In this document: in pieces, positions 50,944 through 58,388 of the stretch
How the letters are laid out: every line of letters starts with the position of its first letter
Position numbering within the stretch: the stretch's first letter is position 1
Origin: Alphaproteobacteria bacterium
GTDB lineage: Bacteria; Pseudomonadota; Alphaproteobacteria; SP197
Reading direction: 5' to 3'
NCBI GenBank assembly: GCA_965228895.1
Contig: OZ245842.1
Location: 3,232,001-3,296,000, forward strand
Length of the DNA stretch: 64,000 nucleotides
Notes under the pieces: generated by a model
Seen by the model: only the letters and a program-made list of their open reading frames with translations
Databases searched by the model: none
What the model was told of the DNA's origin: nothing
Translations under genes and position numbers: made by a program

Positions 50944-51870
50944 CTAAAGCCAGACAAAGCGCTCATAACAAAGCTCGATTTCCTCAAAACCCAGTCCGTC
51001 ACCGTCCAGGGCGTCGAAGGCCGGACCCTGCCATCGGCGCGGCCAGCAGTTGACGAAGGTCCAGTGGTTGACCGGCTTGGCACCCGCGCCAGCCAGTTGA
51101 AAAAGATCGACCTGGCGCCGGTCCCAGGTGCCGTCGACGATCTTCTGGCGCCACAGATAAAGATCCTTCGAACGGCTTATGGCGCGCCGCAGCACCAGAC
51201 TGTCATAGGTCAACGCGCCAGGCTTGCCACCGCCATCGCCTTCCGTCATCGCGTGTTCGCTGCCCATGGCCGATACCTGACAAAACCCGATCTCCTGATC
51301 GCCGATCACGACAAGGAAATGCCGGTTGCTCAGAGGCTGGGTGAAAATCGACCCACCACGACCATCATCCGGCGGCGCCGGTCGCGTTGGTTCGAAGCGA
51401 ATGACAGCATCGTTTGCCGTTTCGAGTTTCGGATGGCTGCCCGGCGGATCGCCAGTGGCGGTGATCACAACGCGGCTGTGTGCCGCGACAGCGTTCAGGA
51501 AATGCTGCGTGGCGCGATCAAACCGGTCGTGGCTGTCGATGATCTCGGTCCGCCGGCCGAACAGCGCGTCGGCCTCGTCAAAGAAAAGAATGTTGTCGCC
51601 ATCGGCGGTTTCATCGAACAGGCGCGTCAGATGCTTTTCCGTCGATGCCGCTCCGTCGGCCGTGATGCGTGCAAGATCAATCCGCTCCAGGCGCTTGCCA
51701 TGCAGTTTGGCAAGCTGTGTCGCGACGAGCTGACGGTCGCCCGGCGCACCGCCGGCCAGCAGCACGCGTAAGCCCTTGCGAGGACCGTAGAGACTCATGA
51801 CCGTTGCGGCGATGTCGCGCAGACGCCGCCGATCGAAGTCTATGGGGACTGTTTCGCGCCGAGTGGGCAT
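50944..51870 (-). CDS. Fusion of a degenerate Afp15/Pvc15-like AAA+ domain and a gp19-like tail tube domain
   Basis: aa ~33-160: RIDL..TEKHL.RLFD, ILFFDEADALFGRRTE..DSHDR; Pro/Gly linker; aa ~176-308: FLVVI..GFCQVS, LVLRRA, WPRRWQGPAFDA, FEEIELCYE. Confidence 0.85.
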   Translation of the reverse strand: MPTRRETVPIDFDRRRLRDIAATVMSLYGPRKGLRVLLAGGAPGDRQLVATQLAKLHGKRLERIDLARITADGAASTEKHLTRLFDETADGDNILFFDEADALFGRRTEIIDSHDRFDRATQHFLNAVAAHSRVVITATGDPPGSHPKLETANDAVIRFEPTRPAPPDDGRGGSIFTQPLSNRHFLVVIGDQEIGFCQVSAMGSEHAMTEGDGGGKPGALTYDSLVLRRAISRSKDLYLWRQKIVDGTWDRRQVDLFQLAGAGAKPVNHWTFVNCWPRRWQGPAFDALDGDGLGFEEIELCYERFVWL

Positions 51871-51943
51871 CCGGCACCGCCACCATGTTCAGCGCTCGCG
51901 CGCATTGGATCACGGCGATGGGCCAAAAGCAACGCGGGGACGG

Positions 51944-52540
51944 TTACTCGGCGTCTTGGCGGGCGTTGATGACGGGTTTGATGTCGCGACGCAGACCTTG
52001 CACGGCCGACGGGTTGATCGGCCTGAGCGACGCTTCGACGAACCGCTCGAACTGGGTTTTCATACCCGCTTCGCGGCCATCCTTGCCTTTCTTGCTGCGC
52101 GTCGGCGCCTCGCCGGTCTCCGCAGCGAAAATGTCATAGAGATCGCCGACGAAGTCACGCCGCGCCTGCTGCGGATTGCTGCCGCGGTTCGGCAGAAAGT
52201 CGACCGCACCATCAGCCGATAACGCCAAGAGATCGAGATCGTCGGGACCGACCATACGCAGTTGCTGCGAGCTCATCGCATTCAAGCGGCGCAACTGCTT
52301 GGCCAGTTTGCTGGCAAGGCTTGCTATACGGCTGAACTGTTCCTGACGCTGCTTTTCGCCGTGGTTGCGATCGGCGATGATCGTCAGGCAATAGGCCATC
52401 GCGGCGTCCGTCAACAGGTCGACGGAACTTTCCGAAAGATAGGGTCTACCGAGAGTGCGTCCAATTCGTGTGAGGTCCAGGTCCGTATAGGGCCATGTCT
52501 CACTGGTACGCCATAACGGCAGGTCGGTTTCCTCGTTCAT
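51944..52540 (-). CDS. Hypothetical helical protein, possibly of mobile-element origin
   Basis: Clean 198-aa ORF; C-terminal LYDIF..ETG..P..FERFVEA.L pattern recalled from integrative-element ORFs (inference). Confidence 0.6.
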   Translation of the reverse strand: MNEETDLPLWRTSETWPYTDLDLTRIGRTLGRPYLSESSVDLLTDAAMAYCLTIIADRNHGEKQRQEQFSRIASLASKLAKQLRRLNAMSSQQLRMVGPDDLDLLALSADGAVDFLPNRGSNPQQARRDFVGDLYDIFAAETGEAPTRSKKGKDGREAGMKTQFERFVEASLRPINPSAVQGLRRDIKPVINARQDAE

Positions 52541-53136
52541 TGGGTCAACAACCCGCCGGTTGCGATCGCATCATCTATCCTACGCAGGTCGACTTCGCGC
52601 AGGCTGTGATGGTCGTCGCCAATTAAGGCTTTGTTAAACTTAGACATCCTCGGGAACCATCTCACCGGACAACACAAACCACCGGATGACACGCTCGTCT
52701 CCCGCGGGCCCGCCAACGCGGCGGATCCATTAAGACTATCGATTTGACGGAACCGCCGCCACGGCACACAAGTGGTAATCCAGATTCCCATACGGCACGA
52801 AACCGTTGAGTCGCAAGGGTTAGCGGACGAGCCTTAAGCGAGGTGCGCGCACCTATTGGGCGAGCTGGTCGTTAACCATTTTGATCGATGCTGGCTGGCG
52901 AGCCCAGGGCCATCATCGTAGAGGGCGCAGAAGCACAGCCGATCTCCTCATCCAGACCAGGGCTGCTTGAGACAGGAAGGCAAGCGGATCCCGAGTTTTT
53001 TGTCACGGTCGCCAAGGTCGTATTGACCACAACCAAGCGTGACAAGAGCAGAAATTTTGCTACCGTAGATCCAAGTTGGCGCGACGATCGACATCACTGC
53101 CGAACCGTACTTTGAAGACATAGGGGAGGATTTTTG

Positions 53137-53685
53137 ATGGTGAAGTCTGCCTGTCTTGTTTCCCTGGTGATGTTTGGATTTGTCACGATAGCGCGGGCCG
53201 ATTCTCTCCCCGATCCGGAGGATGTATTGGCCGATGTCGGAGGCGACGCGGTCAAGATCGAGCAGTATCGCCAAGCGTTGCGCAGTCCTGATGCGAATGA
53301 GCGCTTGGCAGCCTTCGTTGCCATGGCTGGGGTCGACCACCCCGTTGTCAGACAGATTGCCTACGAAGAAGGGTTCGCCAGCAGCGATCTGCAGTTGCGG
53401 TCCCTGGCGCTACGTTACAGATTTTTCGATCGGGAAACATTCCGAGTCCGTTATCTCGACGGCAATTCGCAACCTGTACTGATAACGATTGTTGATCCCA
53501 ATTGGACCAACGGCGACTTTAAAGCATACAGAGGCGCGAGCAGGCCCGGCAAAGTCCAAGGTCTATCCGTCGAGTTTGAAACCGGCTGCACAGTCCTCCT
53601 AGAACTCAACGACGAAGATCGTCTTGTCGGCACGGAGATCTGCAACGAGACTCGGCGTGACGTTGAAGTCGACATTCGCGGCTAA
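53137..53685 (+). CDS. Hypothetical exported protein (HEAT-like helices + beta domain)
   Basis: GGAGGA RBS; signal peptide ending ARA; LRSPDANERLAA and SSDLQLRSLAL repeats. Confidence 0.7.
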   Translation: MVKSACLVSLVMFGFVTIARADSLPDPEDVLADVGGDAVKIEQYRQALRSPDANERLAAFVAMAGVDHPVVRQIAYEEGFASSDLQLRSLALRYRFFDRETFRVRYLDGNSQPVLITIVDPNWTNGDFKAYRGASRPGKVQGLSVEFETGCTVLLELNDEDRLVGTEICNETRRDVEVDIRG

Positions 53686-53720
53686 GACAAGAACGTCGCC
53701 ATCGACTCATTTAACGCCCG

Positions 53721-54800
53721 TCAGGGGGCGATCACCACCTCGAGTCTGTTGAGTTCGACAAGTTCGCTGTCGTCTGACCATGTGTCGTAGACGACGATCT
53801 TAACTCGTCGTGCTCGTATCGGCGGTTCAAAGGTTACTTCGCGAGTCCCTGCGGTTGGCGACAAGGTAAAGCTTGTCACTGAAGACCACGACCTCTCGCC
53901 CTCCGAAGAAACTGTTCGGAACACCTCGACGGTTCGGGGGTGGGCAACCGCCTCACCTTCAAGCGTATGGAAAATAAACCCTGCGACGTTCGTAACTTCG
54001 TTATTCGGCATCTGAAGGACCAAATCGACCGGCCAGCTAATGGCCTTGGCGCGCCACTGACCCGCTTCGTCCAGCGGCGCGACAAGGTGATCGACTGTGT
54101 CATCGGGACTTAGCGGCAACGCTGACGTACGCTCAACCTGGATGCCGTCGGCACCGACGGTAGGCGCGCTGGGGACCTGCGGCGCTTCGCCACTATTCTC
54201 CCACTCCCAGCGCACGAGATAAATGGCCTTGTCGAACCGCAGCGCCTTGGGTGGCTCTCCTTCACCACCCAACTCCATCATGATACCGACAATCGTATTG
54301 CCCTGAACAATGGCCGAACCGCTGTGACCTTCACTGACCGCCCATTCACCGGTTTCGCGCAGATAGATGTATGAGCCGTCGGTATCGGTTATCTGTGCGG
54401 GTCTAAGCGATACGCTCCCGTCTTCAAACAGATAGCGCAGTTGCACCTCACCGCTGCCTTCAGCCAGCACGCCTGATAGTTGGTCGCCATCGGGAAGATC
54501 GTCACCGCAAGCACTCTCGATCGATCCATTGACGCCAAACAGGCTCAAATCAAATCCTAGATCTCGTATTTCCCAGGCCTGCCCCGTTGTCAGTTCACCG
54601 CCATCGCCAACAAGGGAACCGAATCCGTTCGAACCCTCGATCAAGTGCGTTGGCGCCAAGGCAAAACACGCCCCGCCACGCTTGAACAGAATTGCCTGCC
54701 CTTCCTTTGAACCGGCACTTAGGTAAGCCTGAGACGCCGAGACATCATTTGGCAGAACCCCGGCACATGTTAGCGCCACGACTGCCAATGCGAGGCGCAT
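53721..54800 (-). CDS. Exported trypsin-like serine protease with C-terminal discoidin/galactose-binding-like domain
   Basis: Signal peptide; triad candidates APTHL, FDLSL, GHSGS; C-terminal P.TVEV..W..PIRARRVKI..L..LEV. Confidence 0.7.
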   Translation of the reverse strand: MRLALAVVALTCAGVLPNDVSASQAYLSAGSKEGQAILFKRGGACFALAPTHLIEGSNGFGSLVGDGGELTTGQAWEIRDLGFDLSLFGVNGSIESACGDDLPDGDQLSGVLAEGSGEVQLRYLFEDGSVSLRPAQITDTDGSYIYLRETGEWAVSEGHSGSAIVQGNTIVGIMMELGGEGEPPKALRFDKAIYLVRWEWENSGEAPQVPSAPTVGADGIQVERTSALPLSPDDTVDHLVAPLDEAGQWRAKAISWPVDLVLQMPNNEVTNVAGFIFHTLEGEAVAHPRTVEVFRTVSSEGERSWSSVTSFTLSPTAGTREVTFEPPIRARRVKIVVYDTWSDDSELVELNRLEVVIAP

Positions 54801-54924
54801 GACCTGTTTTGGAAGCGGGCTCACTAGGCCGACTCCTGGGAGATATCGACCATATGATAAGTCCTTCACCGGCTGGCCGGCACCGAAATCCGATACGGAC
54901 TCAGATGTCGGAGTGGTTTTTTTG

Positions 54925-55998
54925 TCATCTCTTCGCCGCATCAGCACCTTTCGCACCAGCTGGCTCACTGCCCGTACCAGGCCGGTCATCATCGGCCCGA
55001 CGACTATCTCGCCAATCATGCGCGTCTCTCTTCTCAATTGGCCCGACAACGAGGGCAACGACTGCCGCCAAGCAACCGAGCCAGGAGACAAATGCTAGAA
55101 CGGCGGTCGAGAACGGATTGCCAAGCATCTGCGCTGTCCAGGTAACTTGAAACGGGAAGCGTGTCCCCATGCGCTCAACAATGAGCCTGTCGGAGCACAA
55201 GACGTAGACGACAACCCGCAATCCTTCGAGCTCGGGCGTTTCGAAGCGGAAGAATCCTTGGATTGGATTAGTTTCCTGTTTCTCGATGCCCTCACCATCT
55301 CCATCCGCGGCAGGGCACCTGGCAACATTGTCACCGGACAAAATGACGTTAACCACGTCTCCTGCGATCAAGTCTGTGGAATCGACAAGGAATCGACCAA
55401 CCAGCCCTTTCTGATAAGCCGACATATCGCCACCAATCAGGACGCCTTCGATCCCGGGATCTGGAATCTGCCCTAGGTGGACCCAACCGGATGGATTCAG
55501 GTCAAATCCAATCGTGTGATCCAGGGGTTCGAAAGCCCTTAGAACCCAAGACCGGCGTTCGCCGTCTTGGTGGGATCGGATAACGCCGCTTACGACGACC
55601 TCAAGCGCGCCTTGATTCAAGCGGCGCACAAAAGCCAGCGATTCCGGAGCAACATCAAGCGCGGCTCCTTGCGGAACACGCAACAGTCTCTCCTGCGCGC
55701 CACACGGAGTTTCAGGCGTCGGCACCAAAGTCGAAGCGACCTCTGCGTTCTCGCGGTCGTAGCAAACCGCAAACCCATCGAGAACGATTGATGAGTCAGC
55801 GTCAAAGCCGTTGATTTCCAGGTATTCAGTTTGAGCATTGACGACGAAGAATGCAGGCTTTCCTGGGAACGCACTGATGAAAACAAACACACCGGCGACC
55901 AGAACACAGCCGGCGAGCAGAACGATCATGACAAGCTGCAGTGGACTTCGTTCAAGCCGCAATCGCGCCCACGTCTCAGTCAGCCATCGTATCAGCAT
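54925..55998 (-). CDS. Hypothetical two-TM membrane protein with a large extracytoplasmic domain
   Basis: N- and C-terminal hydrophobic helices around a beta-rich, Cys-containing region; 8 nt from upstream gene. Confidence 0.7.
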   Translation of the reverse strand: MLIRWLTETWARLRLERSPLQLVMIVLLAGCVLVAGVFVFISAFPGKPAFFVVNAQTEYLEINGFDADSSIVLDGFAVCYDRENAEVASTLVPTPETPCGAQERLLRVPQGAALDVAPESLAFVRRLNQGALEVVVSGVIRSHQDGERRSWVLRAFEPLDHTIGFDLNPSGWVHLGQIPDPGIEGVLIGGDMSAYQKGLVGRFLVDSTDLIAGDVVNVILSGDNVARCPAADGDGEGIEKQETNPIQGFFRFETPELEGLRVVVYVLCSDRLIVERMGTRFPFQVTWTAQMLGNPFSTAVLAFVSWLGCLAAVVALVVGPIEKRDAHDWRDSRRADDDRPGTGSEPAGAKGADAAKR

Positions 55999-56006
55999 GG
56001 TTTGCT

Positions 56007-56780
56007 CTACTCGGAACCGCGTAGGCTGATCGTGAACGGCTTCGGTGGCTTTGCACTCCCAAACTGTTTGCGAATGACGATACCATCGATGCGGTCGACG
56101 TCTGGGAGTCGACCGCTCAAGTCCACGTTACACACGAAATCGTAGCCCAGCCTCCTGGGGTCTTCGACTTTTGTGCAATCGGATTGTCCGATATTAGCTC
56201 CATTCGCGGACAGCGAAACAGCCGCTGCGCTTGTCTTGGCATTCACCAAAACAACAATTGAATCGGGATCGCGTTCCGCGAAGCTTCCCCATGATGCGAG
56301 AAGAAAGGCCGCGCTGTCGCTATCGCAGTCTTCTTCGACGACGCTTACGGCAACGTCGCTCGGATCAAGAGCCCTGATGTCCTCGGAGTCCGACGATGCT
56401 GCAGCCCAGTTAAGCCTTACAGGATCCGCCACGTCGGCCCCGAGTTGGATTATCGTCGACGCATCGTACTCGCCACTTCGCGACACCACCTCGATGCAAA
56501 GCTGTGCGGACTCCTGCCGTGGTCCCGACAAGATCGTCAAGAGCAAGTCATCCTCAACTGACTGAGACCATTCCGCCATCACGCCGACAACGATTTCGCC
56601 AGCCACCGGCCACACCGGATCAAAATTCTCTTCTATTCCAAACTCACCGTTAACAAGCTGATCGTTGTTAACGAGATTGACCTCGTCAGCGTCGGCGTTG
56701 ACAGATTCCAACGGCAGAGCGACGGCCACCGCAAAAAGTACAATCCTCGCTGAAACTGGAGACAGAACATTCCGACGCAT
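56007..56780 (-). CDS. Hypothetical exported acidic protein
   Basis: GGAGG RBS; signal peptide ending VNA; four Cys. Confidence 0.7.
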   Translation of the reverse strand: MRRNVLSPVSARIVLFAVAVALPLESVNADADEVNLVNNDQLVNGEFGIEENFDPVWPVAGEIVVGVMAEWSQSVEDDLLLTILSGPRQESAQLCIEVVSRSGEYDASTIIQLGADVADPVRLNWAAASSDSEDIRALDPSDVAVSVVEEDCDSDSAAFLLASWGSFAERDPDSIVVLVNAKTSAAAVSLSANGANIGQSDCTKVEDPRRLGYDFVCNVDLSGRLPDVDRIDGIVIRKQFGSAKPPKPFTISLRGSE

Positions 56781-56981
56781 AGTAGGTCCTCCCCCAAGCA
56801 TCCGTCGGTCTGCGGGAATGGTACCGCATCAGATACAGAAGACCAAAGGTTGGGCGTTTCGTAGGCCAGATATCTGAGTAACGACCTCATTCGGCAGGGT
56901 TCGCCGATTTCCAGCGACGTCCACAAATACGTCCGATAGTGTTTTATGCCTAATCGGAGGCCATCGCGGGCGGGCGCGGCA

Positions 56982-58013
56982 ATGTCCAAACCGATAGTAA
57001 TCCTAGCGATCGACGGAGGTGGTGTCCGGGGCCTCATCCCTGCGCTGTTGCTTAAGGCATTGGATGTCGAGATCGCGGCAAATGCGGGCACCGCGCAGGT
57101 CGGCGCGAAACCTCTCGGCCGCTACTTCGACCTTATTGCGGGAACATCGACCGGCGCTTTGATCGCCGTCGGCCTCAGTTTCGCGAAGAGCCGACAATCG
57201 GACATTCCTCTCGCGACACCCGAAGAACTGGTTGAATTTTACCGAGAACGTTCAGCACACGCCTTTCGCCGCATTCGCTTTCAGAAAGTGCGGCGCCTCT
57301 GGCGTAGTGAATACAACTACGAACCGTTCGCGTCGGTGCTCGAGGATATTGTCGGTGAACGACGATTGTCCGAAACCGCAACGCCGGTCATTCTTCCTGC
57401 CTACGATGTCCACAACCGCTACGTCCGCTATTTCAACAGCGCCACCGCCGCGACGAGCGAAACAGAAGATTACTACCTGCGCGATGTCCTAAGGGCGACG
57501 ACGGCAGCACCTGTCTATTTCCCCCCGGCACGAATCTCGGCCATTGGCGGAAAGAATGAAGAAGTTTTTGTTGATGGCGGTCTGTTTGCCAACAACCCAT
57601 CGTTATGCGCCTCGACAGAAGCACTGCGCCTGTTCGGCTTTGACCGTCCGCTCATCGTCGTGTCCATGGGTACCGGCCAAGCGAACCAACGATACCCGTT
57701 GCACCGGCTGGAATCATGGGGCGCCTTCAAGTGGCTTGACCCGCGCATGAGAATGCCGCTGATCGATGTCATGATGGACGGACAGATCGACGCGACCCAC
57801 CATCACCTGGACCAAGTCCTCACTGCCGATGAAACATACTTTCGATTTGATCCAGCGCTCGATCCAGGCTTGGCCGCACTCGATGATGCCTCATCAGCGG
57901 TTCTTGAAAAACTCGACGAATTGGCACAGACCTATATCGAGACCCAAAAGGGTCGACTGGAGAGACTGGCCCGCCTGCTTGTCGAACATTCTATTGACCG
58001 CCCTGATCGTTAA
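56982..58013 (+). CDS. Patatin-like phospholipase
   Basis: DGGGVRG, GTSTG nucleophile, AAPVYFPP, DGGLFANNP. Confidence 0.92.
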   Translation: MSKPIVILAIDGGGVRGLIPALLLKALDVEIAANAGTAQVGAKPLGRYFDLIAGTSTGALIAVGLSFAKSRQSDIPLATPEELVEFYRERSAHAFRRIRFQKVRRLWRSEYNYEPFASVLEDIVGERRLSETATPVILPAYDVHNRYVRYFNSATAATSETEDYYLRDVLRATTAAPVYFPPARISAIGGKNEEVFVDGGLFANNPSLCASTEALRLFGFDRPLIVVSMGTGQANQRYPLHRLESWGAFKWLDPRMRMPLIDVMMDGQIDATHHHLDQVLTADETYFRFDPALDPGLAALDDASSAVLEKLDELAQTYIETQKGRLERLARLLVEHSIDRPDR

Positions 58014-58053
58014 CCATTTGATCGGTGCCGGATGGCGCTGTGTGACGGCGACA

Positions 58054-58146
58054 CTGTGGGCGGGGCATATCAAGGTCCATGGCGCGCATGATGGCACCGC
58101 CGCGCATGCCTCCGTTCACAACCATCATCATTCTCACGTGCCTTGA
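58054..58146 (+). pseudogene. 3' fragment of a His-rich exported protein gene (paralog of 62231-62605)
   Basis: LWAGHIKVHGAHDGTAAHASVHNHHHSHVP* matches the paralog C-terminus at 21/30 residues. Confidence 0.8.
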
Positions 58147-58214
58147 TCCTCTTCTCACAGGCCGACGTCTGGTTCGTTCGGCCTAGTCCTTCGTGCTTGG
58201 AATGATGTGCTTTC

Positions 58215-58256
58215 GACCGCCCCGAAGGGTTGCAACCTCCGGGGCGGTCCTTCGTT
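58215..58256 (+). terminator. Intrinsic terminator-like hairpin
   Basis: GACCGCCCCG...CGGGGCGGTC stem followed by CTTCGTT; lies between convergent genes. Confidence 0.6.
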
Positions 58257-58388
58257 CGCCGTCGTCGCTCGGCCGTGTTAGCGCAACGGTGGCAGTGGCG
58301 GCGGACGCATGGTCAACCTGATTGTTCGCGCCAGGAACGACTTCCCGCAACGCGCGGCTTAGGATTTGTGAGCCTGCTGGATGCGCTG

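Larger units (their letters stand above)
52541..58020. mobile_element. Putative horizontally acquired island (no integrase seen)
   Basis: Visibly more A/T-rich with atypical codons; right edge abuts a 5'-truncated gene; boundaries approximate. Confidence 0.45.

Noticed and set aside
50459-51870. Complete prophage, T6SS or full eCIS locus
   Set aside because: No capsid, portal, sheath, baseplate, spike or membrane-complex genes are in the window.
52541-53130. tRNA, att site or ncRNA at the left island boundary
   Set aside because: I could not identify a cloverleaf, T-loop motif or a direct repeat matching the right boundary by eye. An Rfam/Infernal scan would be needed.
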